A program made the position numbers and the translations under genes. The notes under the pieces are model-generated. The model was given only the letters and a program-made list of their open reading frames with translations. It did no database searches and was not told where the DNA came from. This document shows positions 19,407-29,305 of a stretch of 64,000 nt of DNA, in pieces. Origin of the DNA: an uncultured Candidatus Saccharibacteria bacterium (GTDB taxonomy: Bacteria > Patescibacteriota > Minisyncoccia > Phycocordibacterales > GWA1-40-21); contig CAZMNX010000001.1 in NCBI GenBank assembly GCA_964567825.1, positions 34,775-98,774 of the forward strand, given 5' to 3'. The number at the start of each line of letters is the position of its first letter. The stretch's first letter is position 1.

Positions 19407-19518
19407 GTTTGTGTGAAAATAATAGCATATTTCAACAAATTTACCCAAAGAACAGGCTTCTTAAGCATCTTATTGCAAGGTAAATACCGATTATGATACA
19501 ATTGTTAGATATTAATTA

Positions 19519-19692
19519 TTTATTACTAATCTTAATCTAATGACTAAAGTCCAAAAGTATCTTCTGCCCATCACTCTAGTTTTAGCAATCATTTTTGGTG
19601 TTTCTACTTCTCTTTTAAAAAGTAAAAATCCTGGCGATGCCATAAGTAATCTCGGCGCCGCCGTCGTCTCAACTATGGGTTCGGGTAGCAGT
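19519..19692 (+). repeat. 174-bp exact direct repeat copy 1 (5' UTR plus first 51 codons)
   Basis: Identical to 20976-21149 (offset 1457). Confidence 0.93.
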
Positions 19693-20112
19693 AGTTCAAG
19701 GTGGACATGTGATCCAGGTCCCGATCCAAGTGGGTGTGTTCCAGGAACGCATATAATGAAAACTTTCGTATTAAGGGGCTGTGGTTGGACCCAAACATAT
19801 GAAGGCTGCTCAGTTAGTTGTGGTGCAGATCCTATGCTTCCCTATCCCAATCCTATGTCGCGCTGTTCTGGAATTAAAACCATAACAAAAGAGTATAAAA
19901 ACTGTAAGTGGGTAGACGGTAGTCCGAAGTGTGAATATAATAGTTGTTCTTTGGCGCGAAAACCTAGAAATGGCTGCGCTAACAATGTTACCTTAACATC
20001 TTGGAATCTGGACCGAGCTTCCTGCTCGTGGAAACCAGTATATTTACCCTGCAGTATGTATGGTCTGACGAGATGTGATCCAAATATTACAGCTGAAAAT
20101 AAGTGCATCTAA
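19540..20112 (+). CDS. Secreted/membrane-anchored Cys-rich protein A
   Basis: N-terminal hydrophobic helix, Ser/Gly linker, 14 Cys including three C..C..CxW..C modules. Confidence 0.75.
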   Translation: MTKVQKYLLPITLVLAIIFGVSTSLLKSKNPGDAISNLGAAVVSTMGSGSSSSRWTCDPGPDPSGCVPGTHIMKTFVLRGCGWTQTYEGCSVSCGADPMLPYPNPMSRCSGIKTITKEYKNCKWVDGSPKCEYNSCSLARKPRNGCANNVTLTSWNLDRASCSWKPVYLPCSMYGLTRCDPNITAENKCI

Positions 20113-20948
20113 TGGATAAAAAATACCAAAACTTTTTGGAGGTGCTAGGCCCAAAAAATGCTCTTATTATAGGTTTGGTTAGTGGAATATTATTAATCAG
20201 TACTATCGGTTTCATTGTTCTTGGCTCCATGGCCCTAAACGGCGGAGTAAATTGCTCAGCAAACATTGATACTGATCGACTAGCGACCGACAACGCCCAA
20301 CAGCCTTTGACAGAGGCCCCAAAAACCGACAAACCAAAAGTGGAGTTGTTCGTCATGTCTTATTGTCCGTTTGGATTACAAATGGAAAAAGCTTATTTGC
20401 CAGTCATGGAACTATTGGGTAAAAAAGCTGATATTGATATAAAATTCGTCAATTACGCCATGCACGAGAAGAAAGAAGTTGACGAAAATACCAGACAGTA
20501 CTGTATCCAAAAAGAGCAAACCGAAAAATACACCAACTATCTTAAGTGTTTCGCTTCAACGGACAAATTTGATACTTGTTTAGCCGGTGCGCAAATTGAC
20601 GAATACAAACTAACGGCTTGTATTACTAAGGCTGACAAAGAATTCAAAATTAGCAAATCTTACGACGATAAAGCTAACTGGCTAGGTGGACAGTTCCCCG
20701 CGTATCTTATTCATCAAGACTTAAATGTTAAATATGGCGTGCAGGGCTCCCCAACCCTAGTAATTAACGGAGTTCAAGCCGAAGCCGATAGAACCCCAGA
20801 AGCGGTCAAAACAGCCATTTGCAACGCTTTTAACCAGAAACCAGCCGAATGCTCAACAACATTAAGTAACCAAGGTTTCCAGCCAGGATTTGGAACTGAA
20901 GTTGAAGCTGCTGGACCTACGGCTGCGTCAACAGACTCATGTAATTAA
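20112..20948 (+). CDS. Membrane-anchored thioredoxin-fold (DsbA/GILT-like) protein
   Basis: TM helix; VELFVMSYCPFG; GVQGSPTLVING cis-Pro loop; start overlaps upstream stop (TAATG). Confidence 0.78.
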   Translation: MDKKYQNFLEVLGPKNALIIGLVSGILLISTIGFIVLGSMALNGGVNCSANIDTDRLATDNAQQPLTEAPKTDKPKVELFVMSYCPFGLQMEKAYLPVMELLGKKADIDIKFVNYAMHEKKEVDENTRQYCIQKEQTEKYTNYLKCFASTDKFDTCLAGAQIDEYKLTACITKADKEFKISKSYDDKANWLGGQFPAYLIHQDLNVKYGVQGSPTLVINGVQAEADRTPEAVKTAICNAFNQKPAECSTTLSNQGFQPGFGTEVEAAGPTAASTDSCN

Positions 20949-20975
20949 AATTAATACTGTGTTAAGATTAGTGGG

Positions 20976-21149
20976 TTTATTACTAATCTTAATCTAATGA
21001 CTAAAGTCCAAAAGTATCTTCTGCCCATCACTCTAGTTTTAGCAATCATTTTTGGTGTTTCTACTTCTCTTTTAAAAAGTAAAAATCCTGGCGATGCCAT
21101 AAGTAATCTCGGCGCCGCCGTCGTCTCAACTATGGGTTCGGGTAGCAGT
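20976..21149 (+). repeat. 174-bp exact direct repeat copy 2
   Basis: Identical to 19519-19692. Confidence 0.93.
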
Positions 21150-21632
21150 TCGAGTAACGGGCCTTGTTCGAATGGCAGGCCATGTTGTGGCGGTAGGCCG
21201 TACTCTGGTTTCGAACGTTGTTGCAATGGCGTAATATACGATAGTGAATCTTGGCAGGGCATTAATCCAGATGGCAGTATCAGTGACCATGACCGAGTTT
21301 GTTGTGGTGGTAGGGTTGTGGTAGTTGGGAATGATAGTCGCTGGGTAGGTACTATATGTTGTCAAAATATCAATACTGTTAAGACTTATAATCGTCGCCA
21401 TTGGGATTGTAGCTCCACGGGAATATGTCTACTAAATGAGACCAGAGTTTGTGGTGGTTGCGCAAATCAGCCTAATCCACTAGAGGCACCTTATTGTGTT
21501 CAATATGATACGGGGGCACATATGATTCACCGCACATGGAATAGTCAAAGATGTGCTTATGGTGATTTCCAATGGACCGATTGTGGTCCTGGTTCTCGAT
21601 GTAATAGCACAGGGACAGCTTGTCAAAGATAG
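20997..21632 (+). CDS. Secreted/membrane-anchored Cys-rich protein B (tandem CC motifs)
   Basis: Same leader as protein A; 18 Cys with CCGGR/CCNG di-Cys repeats. Confidence 0.75.
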   Translation: MTKVQKYLLPITLVLAIIFGVSTSLLKSKNPGDAISNLGAAVVSTMGSGSSSSNGPCSNGRPCCGGRPYSGFERCCNGVIYDSESWQGINPDGSISDHDRVCCGGRVVVVGNDSRWVGTICCQNINTVKTYNRRHWDCSSTGICLLNETRVCGGCANQPNPLEAPYCVQYDTGAHMIHRTWNSQRCAYGDFQWTDCGPGSRCNSTGTACQR

Positions 21633-21668
21633 TTTTGTTTTGGTGTCTGATTTTTATGCTATAATAGT

Positions 21669-22136
21669 GTGAGTATGGAAAAAGTATCACTTACTTGGCA
21701 AGCACCTGAATATAGTCATTACAAAAGGAGTACTGACTGGTTTTGGGCGGTGGGAATTATTACTATCTGCATTGCGATATTAGCCTTCGTTTTTCACAAT
21801 GCCCTTTTTGGAATTTTAATTTTATTATCTGCCGGTATCTTAGTTTTTTATACTATTCGTGAGCCCGGCACGGTTGAGTATGAAATAAATCAACGCGGTA
21901 TTGTAATTGGTAAGGAATTACACCCCTATCTGACGATCGAAGCTTTTTGGATTGAAACTCGTACCGGTGAACCAAAAATAATTTTGCGTTCGAAAAAAAA
22001 TGTCTTGCCTTACATTATAATTCCCCTCCATGAGGAAAGTGTAGACGATGTCGCCTCGGTTTTATCTGAATTTCTGGAAGAAAAAGAATTGCAAGAACCG
22101 GCCTCTCATAAAATCATGGAGTATTTGGGTTTTTAG
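21669..22136 (+). CDS. Two-TM hypothetical membrane protein
   Basis: W.APEY...RS.DW motif, 2 TM helices, soluble C-terminal domain. Confidence 0.7.
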   Translation: MSMEKVSLTWQAPEYSHYKRSTDWFWAVGIITICIAILAFVFHNALFGILILLSAGILVFYTIREPGTVEYEINQRGIVIGKELHPYLTIEAFWIETRTGEPKIILRSKKNVLPYIIIPLHEESVDDVASVLSEFLEEKELQEPASHKIMEYLGF

Positions 22137-22179
22137 TCTTCTTATGTTAAAGTCTCTTTTAAGCTCCTAGCGGAGTAAT

Positions 22180-22254
22180 GCTCTCGTCGTTCAATGGATA
22201 GGACACTTCCCTGCGAAGGAAGAAATCCAGGTTCGATTCCTGGTGGGGGCACCA
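22180..22254 (+). tRNA. tRNA-Arg(GCG)
   Basis: Cloverleaf; anticodon arm CTTCC-CTGCGAA-GGAAG; encoded CCA. Confidence 0.9.
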
Positions 22255-22257
22255 TAA

Positions 22258-22289
22258 TAAAAAACCACCCATTCATTGGGTGATTTTTT
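22258..22289. terminator. Bidirectional terminator between tRNA-Arg and rpsT
   Basis: AAAAAA-CCACCCA..TGGGTGA-TTTTTT. Confidence 0.7.
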
Positions 22290-22554
22290 ATTTACTATTT
22301 TTTGCTATAAGTTTGGCTAATCTAGATTTCTTTCTTGAAGCCGTATTCTTGTGAATTAAGTGGGTCTTGCAAGCTTTATCTATCGCCTGATAAGCGGTAG
22401 CCAATAAAGCCTCAGCTTCTTTAACTTTCTTTTCTGATACTAGTTTTTTAATTTTCTTAACTGTCTCAGAAATCGCATCTTTTCGGCGAGCATTAAAAAG
22501 TGCCTTATTTTTTGAGGCGCGTAGGGCTTTTTTGGCTGATGAAGTAATCGGCAT
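22288..22554 (-). CDS. rpsT: 30S ribosomal protein S20
   Basis: SAKKALR, IDKA, IHKNTASRKKSRL. Confidence 0.95.
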   Translation of the reverse strand: MPITSSAKKALRASKNKALFNARRKDAISETVKKIKKLVSEKKVKEAEALLATAYQAIDKACKTHLIHKNTASRKKSRLAKLIAKNSK

Positions 22555-22621
22555 TGATTTATTTATAACTTAACTGTCTGCCTAACTTAACATAAAGTTA
22601 ACTAGAATGCAAGAAGTGTCC

Positions 22622-23338
22622 TTAGCGAATAATCTTGTAATCCGACTTCTTTTGTAAAAAATGAGGTAGATTAGCAACGACAATCCACTGAAAAAATAAC
22701 CTCCACCAACCAACCCGCTCGAATCGTCTGGTTGAGGTTAGGACCGTTTTGGTTTGGAAGAAAACAAATTTACCAAATTTAAGCGCTTGTTTAAGAAACT
22801 TCAGGTCTTCCCCGGCCGATAATTGTTCATCAAATTTAATATTTCCAAGAATAGAAGACTTTACAATTTGAATTGAATAAGAAACCTTAAATAAGCGATG
22901 GCACAAATCATAAAAGGCAAACCACAACTTCGCCCTATTAGAAAAAGGATCGGGTTCAAGTGAGGTCGTGCCCGCAACATAGTTCTTCGAATTATTATTC
23001 TGCAAAAAAATATTTAAATCATTTAAGAAATCTGACTTCAGGACGGTGTCGGCATCAAGAAAAACCGTCCAATCGCTACCAGCCTTTATCATGCTGATGC
23101 CAAGATTTCGCGCCGCCGAAACTCCTTTTTTCGGAGAGGAAATAACTTCAATATTGTTGCCAGCAAAAGCCCTGGCCTTTTCAAAAGTTTTATCGGTTGA
23201 GCCGTTTTCTATAGTTAAAACAGTGTACTTGTCCTTAGGATAATTGAGCTCGGTCAGATGTCTTAACGTGGCCTCAATATACTTCTCCTCGTTATGGGCC
23301 GGGATAATTATCGAAAAAAATAAGTGCTGATTTTCCAT
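22622..23338 (-). CDS. Glycosyltransferase family 2
   Basis: IIIPAHNEE, NGSTD, FLDAD, GED, TSTRR. Confidence 0.88.
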   Translation of the reverse strand: MENQHLFFSIIIPAHNEEKYIEATLRHLTELNYPKDKYTVLTIENGSTDKTFEKARAFAGNNIEVISSPKKGVSAARNLGISMIKAGSDWTVFLDADTVLKSDFLNDLNIFLQNNNSKNYVAGTTSLEPDPFSNRAKLWFAFYDLCHRLFKVSYSIQIVKSSILGNIKFDEQLSAGEDLKFLKQALKFGKFVFFQTKTVLTSTRRFERVGWWRLFFQWIVVANLPHFLQKKSDYKIIR

Positions 23339-23346
23339 ATAACAGT

Positions 23347-23940
23347 TTAGTTATTTTCTAATTTCTTGCCTAAATATTTAATATATCTAAAAATTAAGAC
23401 AATAATTACTAGGCCGGCGGCCACTAAAAATATCTTACCGGCCACACTTGTAATCTGCACATAAAGATTTCCGAAATAAAAGCCGATAGCGAGAAGCACG
23501 CCGGACCAAATCAATTGACCGAGGACATTAATAAACACATAGCGCCAAAAAGGAATTTTTGACAGGCCGGCCGTAAATAAAACAACGATGGCAAAGCCTA
23601 GGCCGTTACTAATCTTAGACAAAAATAAAACCGGATTTTTGTACTGGTGAAATAAATCCGAAGCCTTGGTAATGTGATCCTCAGTAATGTTAAAACGTTT
23701 ACCAAAACGGGTGGCGAAGCCGTGGCCATAACGAAATCCCAAATAATACCAGACCACATCTCCGATCAAATCTCCCAACATTAATGAAACATAGAGTGGA
23801 ATTAGGCTAAAATAGCCAGCAAACAATAGACCGCCTAAAAATAGAGACAAAAATGGCCCCTCCAACATGGCAATAATTACTACAACAGCGTAAATCAAGA
23901 TCGAGTGACTTAGACTAAACGCCAGGAGGTATTCGTGCAT
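23347..23940 (-). CDS. DedA/VTT-family membrane protein
   Basis: LEGP, GDLIGD..WYYLG, multiple TM helices. Confidence 0.8.
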   Translation of the reverse strand: MHEYLLAFSLSHSILIYAVVVIIAMLEGPFLSLFLGGLLFAGYFSLIPLYVSLMLGDLIGDVVWYYLGFRYGHGFATRFGKRFNITEDHITKASDLFHQYKNPVLFLSKISNGLGFAIVVLFTAGLSKIPFWRYVFINVLGQLIWSGVLLAIGFYFGNLYVQITSVAGKIFLVAAGLVIIVLIFRYIKYLGKKLENN

Positions 23941-23943
23941 AGA

Positions 23944-24954
23944 TTATTTATCACTATCAAACTTATCCTCAATCGTTTTGATTTTCTCGTGGAGTTTGGT
24001 AATAGATGTGTGAATCTTTTGAGTCAGAGTTGGCGACTCGATCGAAACAACGGCCGCCGAAGCAGTAATTGGTACGACATTTTCAACCGTTCGATCATAA
24101 AGATAAGCACCACCGCCCATCAAACCAAAAACCAAAAGGGAGAGGCTCACCTTGGTATAAAGCATGGCTCGTTTAAAATCCTGAACACTAGTTTTAAATG
24201 GGGATTGGTCCTTAGCCGGCTTGCGAATATCGATATGAGAAGTTAAAAATGGTTTGTTAAAAAAGATTGTCCAAAAGAAGTTCATTGAGTACTTATAGCA
24301 CATGGTCAAAATCCCCTCCTCTTTAAGACGACGGCCGGAAGAATAAATTGGTAGCTTGAAAGTAAAAACTACGGGACCAAGCGGATTTAATTTTTTTGCA
24401 ATATGAGTATCCTCACCCCAAAAGGAAAAATCCGGATTAAAGCCGCCGATCTTTTCTAAGGCCGAACGACGAATCACAAAGTTTCCACCTTGTAACAAGG
24501 AACTGATTCTCAAAACAAAACGATTAACAAAGTAGAAATAATAATCGATCAAATATTGTAATCGAACAATTAGATTCGAATAGATCGGTAGATCATGAAA
24601 GATGAACGGGCCACTTAAGGCGACAAGCTTGGGATTTTTTGAGAATCGATCCATAACCGTATCGATCCAACCGGGAGTGAGGACCGAATCAGAATCGATA
24701 TTAGCAATCAAATCGCCAGAAGAAGCAAGAAAACCAGCCTGCCTAGCGGCCGATAGACCCTTCTTGGGCTCATCAACTACTTTTACCCCAGGAAATGAAG
24801 AAGCAACCTCTTTGGTTCGATCAGTACTGGCATTATTAACCACAATTATCTCCATATCATATAGCCCTTTTTGCTTTTCCTTAAGCACGGCTTCAAGGCA
24901 CATTGGTAGATATGCCTCCTCATTATAGGCCGGTATAATGAAACTTAATTTCAT
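23944..24954 (-). CDS. Glycosyltransferase family 2 with C-terminal TM
   Basis: IIPAYNEE, NNASTD, IDSD, GGF, GED, SSGRR. Confidence 0.88.
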   Translation of the reverse strand: MKLSFIIPAYNEEAYLPMCLEAVLKEKQKGLYDMEIIVVNNASTDRTKEVASSFPGVKVVDEPKKGLSAARQAGFLASSGDLIANIDSDSVLTPGWIDTVMDRFSKNPKLVALSGPFIFHDLPIYSNLIVRLQYLIDYYFYFVNRFVLRISSLLQGGNFVIRRSALEKIGGFNPDFSFWGEDTHIAKKLNPLGPVVFTFKLPIYSSGRRLKEEGILTMCYKYSMNFFWTIFFNKPFLTSHIDIRKPAKDQSPFKTSVQDFKRAMLYTKVSLSLLVFGLMGGGAYLYDRTVENVVPITASAAVVSIESPTLTQKIHTSITKLHEKIKTIEDKFDSDK

Positions 24955-25036
24955 ATCTATAGTATACATTAAAAATGGTTTTTTTCAATTGTCTAGACCA
25001 GAAGCTTTTACCATAAAAATATGTATAATTAGGCTT

Positions 25037-25606
25037 ATGATCTCGCAGATTACTGGCAAAATAATCCTAAAAACCGAAAAATATCTCGTTATTGATACCA
25101 ATAATATCGGTTATAAAGTTTTTAGTACCAGCACCCTTCTAAATCAAAGCAAGTTGGAAGCTGAAGTAAGGGTTTGGACCTATCTTGCTGTCCGGGAAAA
25201 TGCCCTAGATTTATACGGTTTCGCTGGTAAAGATGAATTAGATTTTTTTGAATTACTCATCACCATTTCGGGCGTCGGGCCCAAAACAGCTTTGGGAATA
25301 TTGAACGTAGCAACCGTTAATTCTCTACGTAAAGCGATTTCCAGCGGCGAAACAGCCCATCTCACTAAAGTTTCGGGCCTAGGTAAAAAAATGGCTGATA
25401 AAATTGTTTTAGAACTAAAAGGAAAATTGGGAAGCTACGAAGAAGTGAGTATGGGACTTAAAGAAGAAATCGATGCCCTCGAAGCTCTAAAATCTTTGGG
25501 TTACTCCCACAAGGAAGGTCGCGAAGCGCTTCAAGAGATTGATAAAAGCATTACCACCACCAGCGGACGGGTCAAAGCCGCCCTAAAACATTTGGGTAAA
25601 AATTAG
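25037..25606 (+). CDS. ruvA: Holliday junction branch migration protein RuvA
   Basis: MISQITG start, LYGF, ISGVGPKTAL, GLGKK.A.KI..ELK, AL.SLGY. Confidence 0.96.
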   Translation: MISQITGKIILKTEKYLVIDTNNIGYKVFSTSTLLNQSKLEAEVRVWTYLAVRENALDLYGFAGKDELDFFELLITISGVGPKTALGILNVATVNSLRKAISSGETAHLTKVSGLGKKMADKIVLELKGKLGSYEEVSMGLKEEIDALEALKSLGYSHKEGREALQEIDKSITTTSGRVKAALKHLGKN

Positions 25607-25618
25607 TAAAATAAAACT

Positions 25619-26878
25619 ATGATAGAAAAAGTTTTGCGTCGTATCAAAAAAATAATTCCGAAAAAAGTCTTTACCTTTTTTCAGCCAGCTTACCACTATA
25701 GTCTAGCGCTGGCTGGAGCTTTAATTTATCGCCTTCCCTCTCGAAAAATTAAAGTGGTAGCGGTGACCGGTACCAAAGGAAAAACTTCAACCGTCGAACT
25801 CATTAATGCCATTTTGGAAGAAGCAGGTTTTGTTACAGCTCTAGCTAGTACTTTGCGCTTTAAAATCCGAGATGATTCAAAACCAAATATGCTTAAAATG
25901 ACCATGCCTGGTCGGTTTTTCATTCAAAGATTCTTGCGCCAAGCAGTCGACAAACATTGTGACTACATTGTACTTGAGATTTCTTCCGGTGCGGTTTTAC
26001 AGTATCGTCATCTGTTCATAGATTTAGATGCTTTAATTTTTACCAACATTGCACCGGAACATATCGAACAGCATGGTTCATTTGAAAAATATTTGGAAGC
26101 AAAATTAAAAATTGCTAAAGCACTAGAAAAATCACCCAAGAAAAATAAAATCATTGTCGCAAATATTGATGATAAAGAAGGACACAAATTTTTGGCCATT
26201 AATGTTGAAAAAAAGGCCCCCTACTCTCTTAAAGATGGTGAGCCAATAGTGTGCCACGAAAATGGTAGCAAATTTGTCTGCGAAGAAATTGAAATCGAGT
26301 CTAAATTGCCTGGTAAATTTAATGTCTATAATATGTTGGCCGCTATTTCTTATACTCGAGCCCTCGGCATCACCATGGAGACAATCAAAACTGGTCTAGA
26401 AAAAGTAACCGAAATAAAAGGCCGAGCCCAAAAAATCCCAAATAATTTAGGAATAGACGTGGTTGTTGATTATGCCCATACCCCAGACTCACTTAAGGCA
26501 ATTTACGAAGCCTTTCCTCAAAAAAAGATTTGTGTTTTAGGAAACTGTGGCGGTGGTCGTGATAAATGGAAAAGAAAAGAAATGTCGGCAATTGCTGATA
26601 AATATTGTTCAGAAATAATCGTGACCGACGAGGATCCCTATGACGACGATCCGTTGGAAATCGCCCAGCAAATGGCCGCCGAAATTAAAAATAAAAAACC
26701 AAAATTAATTATTGATCGCCGTGAAGCCATCGCTTCGGCCATAAAACTTGCCCAGAAAGGCGATGCTGTATTAATAACTGGCAAAGGTACCGATCCCTAT
26801 ATCATGCGGGCTAACGGTAAAAAAGAGCCCTGGAGCGACGCGAAAGTGGCCGAGGAAGAGATTAAGAAGTTAAGCTAA
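25619..26878 (+). CDS. murE: Mur ligase, MurE-like
   Basis: VTGTKGKTST, LEISS, FTNI..EH, VDYAHTPDSL, GGGRD, DRREAI, GKG. Confidence 0.85.
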   Translation: MIEKVLRRIKKIIPKKVFTFFQPAYHYSLALAGALIYRLPSRKIKVVAVTGTKGKTSTVELINAILEEAGFVTALASTLRFKIRDDSKPNMLKMTMPGRFFIQRFLRQAVDKHCDYIVLEISSGAVLQYRHLFIDLDALIFTNIAPEHIEQHGSFEKYLEAKLKIAKALEKSPKKNKIIVANIDDKEGHKFLAINVEKKAPYSLKDGEPIVCHENGSKFVCEEIEIESKLPGKFNVYNMLAAISYTRALGITMETIKTGLEKVTEIKGRAQKIPNNLGIDVVVDYAHTPDSLKAIYEAFPQKKICVLGNCGGGRDKWKRKEMSAIADKYCSEIIVTDEDPYDDDPLEIAQQMAAEIKNKKPKLIIDRREAIASAIKLAQKGDAVLITGKGTDPYIMRANGKKEPWSDAKVAEEEIKKLS

Positions 26879-27797
26879 AAACGGTCGCCTTCTTTTCAAA
26901 AAAATTAGTCAGGGCCTTAGCTGTCGCCTCGGCCATTTTGTCCATAAATACCCGACGCATTTCTTTAGTTCTTAATTTGCCTTCATAAATGTAGGCGTAT
27001 TCGATCAAAGCACTTAAAGTGTCCGAGGTATTAAATCGCCCAATTGCAATTAAATCCTGATCCTGAACAACGCCCGCTGATTCTTGGGGCATGGTACTTA
27101 CACCACTAACCGTCGATAGACCAGACAGTAAATCATTGGCCAGTTCAATACTAGAAGTGGAATTTGAATATTGTTTTTCTGGTACATAAATAGCGAAGCC
27201 ACTGAAATTTGGTCGACCGTTTATTTTAGGATTATCATTAAAGTGAATGTGCAGGGTAATATCAATTTTATTCTCATTGGCCCACTTATTTATTCCATAA
27301 AGGTGTGTTGCAACCAAAGTCGGCGCGCTATTATGTTGAACGGAGTCAATTAGATTTATTCTCCCCTCGTTCACCAGGGTCGTCATCTCCTTTTTCTGTT
27401 CGTTTCTCCAATCCTGAATGGCCGCTAGATTATTGGTAAAATAATTATCTAAATCAGTGTTCCATTTATTAAAATCACGAGAAACAACGACTTCAAACTT
27501 ATCATTAGTAGACAAATAAGCTTCTAGTCTTTGCGCCAGGGCCACATTCAAATCTCTTTCAATAATCGATCCGTACTCTGCCCCACCATAATCTGGCTCA
27601 TGGCCCGGTACTAATAAGATCTGAATCTTACCTTGGCTCGGCGCATTATCATATTTCAAAACTACCTCTTTCACGGTTTTACCTTGAGAAAAGAAAACAG
27701 CGGCATATTGTGGAAAGGCTGCGGTGAGTAAATTAACGAGAAGAACGATCATCGCCAAAAGACAAAGTAAGCCGGCAATGATCTGTTTTTTGGTCAT
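26862..27797 (-). CDS. N-acetylmuramoyl-L-alanine amidase (Amidase_3), membrane anchored
   Basis: LVPGH, E.DLN, LHIHFN, LIEYAY Zn-amidase motifs; N-terminal TM. Confidence 0.8.
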   Translation of the reverse strand: MTKKQIIAGLLCLLAMIVLLVNLLTAAFPQYAAVFFSQGKTVKEVVLKYDNAPSQGKIQILLVPGHEPDYGGAEYGSIIERDLNVALAQRLEAYLSTNDKFEVVVSRDFNKWNTDLDNYFTNNLAAIQDWRNEQKKEMTTLVNEGRINLIDSVQHNSAPTLVATHLYGINKWANENKIDITLHIHFNDNPKINGRPNFSGFAIYVPEKQYSNSTSSIELANDLLSGLSTVSGVSTMPQESAGVVQDQDLIAIGRFNTSDTLSALIEYAYIYEGKLRTKEMRRVFMDKMAEATAKALTNFFEKKATVFSLTS

Positions 27798-27872
27798 TGA
27801 AATATTATAGCAAAATTATATTTACCTGTAACGCTATTTTACTTTTTACAGCATTGGGCTTAAACTAAAAAT

Positions 27873-28733
27873 ATGCCTGAATTACCCGAAGTCGAAACCC
27901 TAAAAAGAGAGCTGGAAAAATCCTTGATTGGAAAGAAAATAAAAAAAGTAGAGATACTCTGGCCCAAGGCGGTCTCTCCTCTTTTACCAGCGACATTTCA
28001 AAAACACTTAGTTGATCAAAAGATAACCGGCCTAAATCGCCGAGCTAAGATGCTGATCCTAAATATCGGCAAAGAAAAACATCTAGCCTTTCATTTAAAA
28101 ATGACCGGCCAACTCATTTTTGTTCCCCAAAATGATGAAATCGTGGGTGGCGGCCATCCAACGAACGATGTTCAAACACCAGGTAAGCACACTCGCCTAA
28201 TCTTTTCGTTCAGTAACGGCGATCATTTGTATTTTAATGATTTACGTAAATTTGGTTGGTCACGACTTTTAAATAGGGAGGAACTAAAAAACTCAACTAA
28301 ACATTACGGCCCAGAACCACTCGGCCCCGATTTTACACTCGAACATTTCGAAAACATTTTTAAAAGATATCCTGGACGCACAGTGAAACAACTACTTCTT
28401 GATCAAACCCTAATCGCCGGTATTGGTAATATTTATGCCGACGAAGCCGCCTTCCTTTCCGGAGTTTTACCGATGCGAAAAGCCGCTAAAGTCAGCCCGA
28501 AAGAACTGAAGGATTTGCATAAAAACATTATTGCCGTCCTGAATTTGTCCATCAAGCACAAAGGAACGTCTTCCAGAAACTACCGTCGCTCCGATGGCAC
28601 TAAAGGTAACTTCGTCAATAAACTTTTTGTCTATGGTCGCAAAGGTTTACCTTGTAAAAAATGTGGTTCTTCTATTCAAAAAATTAAACACGTCGGTAGG
28701 GGTACGCATTATTGTTCGAGGTGTCAGAAGTAG
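27873..28733 (+). CDS. mutM: Formamidopyrimidine-DNA glycosylase
   Basis: MPELPEVE, HLKMTG, D.RKFG, GIGNIYADE, C-terminal Zn finger. Confidence 0.96.
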   Translation: MPELPEVETLKRELEKSLIGKKIKKVEILWPKAVSPLLPATFQKHLVDQKITGLNRRAKMLILNIGKEKHLAFHLKMTGQLIFVPQNDEIVGGGHPTNDVQTPGKHTRLIFSFSNGDHLYFNDLRKFGWSRLLNREELKNSTKHYGPEPLGPDFTLEHFENIFKRYPGRTVKQLLLDQTLIAGIGNIYADEAAFLSGVLPMRKAAKVSPKELKDLHKNIIAVLNLSIKHKGTSSRNYRRSDGTKGNFVNKLFVYGRKGLPCKKCGSSIQKIKHVGRGTHYCSRCQK

Positions 28734-28734
28734 T

Positions 28735-29235
28735 TTAGATTTCTAGCATCCGAAACATCGCCACTCCAAAAGCCACCGAGACGTTAAGGGACTCCTTACT
28801 TCCCAGCATGGGAATCTCGGCAACCTTGTCGGCTAGTTTTAGAATTGACCTGGAGACGCCGTCAACTTCATTGCCAATCACAAAGGCCACTTTTGAACCC
28901 TTAGTGAATTTTATTTTCTTATAATCCACTGATTTATCAGACTGTTCAATACAAACAATTTTAAAGCCCTCTTTTTTTAATTGTTTAATCACCCATAAAG
29001 ATTTCGGGAAATATTCCCAATCAACGTTTATTTCAGCACCCAAAGAAACTTTGGAAATGTCTTCTCGTAACCGCCCAAAACGATCCCGTGGAGTGGGAGT
29101 GGTACCGCAAAGTATAAGCTTGCTAATATCCAAGGCATCGGAAGTTCGAAAAATTGAGCCCACATTGAAAGTGCTGCGGATATTATCTAAAACCACGATG
29201 GTCTCAACCTTGTTTTTTGGTGAATACTTCGACAT
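28735..29235 (-). CDS. TrmH/SpoU-family RNA methyltransferase
   Basis: NVGSIFRT, GNEVDGV, IPMLG.KESLNVSVA. Confidence 0.92.
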   Translation of the reverse strand: MSKYSPKNKVETIVVLDNIRSTFNVGSIFRTSDALDISKLILCGTTPTPRDRFGRLREDISKVSLGAEINVDWEYFPKSLWVIKQLKKEGFKIVCIEQSDKSVDYKKIKFTKGSKVAFVIGNEVDGVSRSILKLADKVAEIPMLGSKESLNVSVAFGVAMFRMLEI

Positions 29236-29305
29236 CTTTTCATTCTAAGCTTTCACTAAATATTCGCAAGTAGTTAAAAGTTGATAACTTTGCTATAATA
29301 TTTTC

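Noticed and set aside
19519-21149. 174-bp repeat as a diversity-generating retroelement TR/VR pair
   Set aside because: The copies are identical with no adenine-specific mismatches, cover the N-terminus, and no reverse transcriptase is in the window
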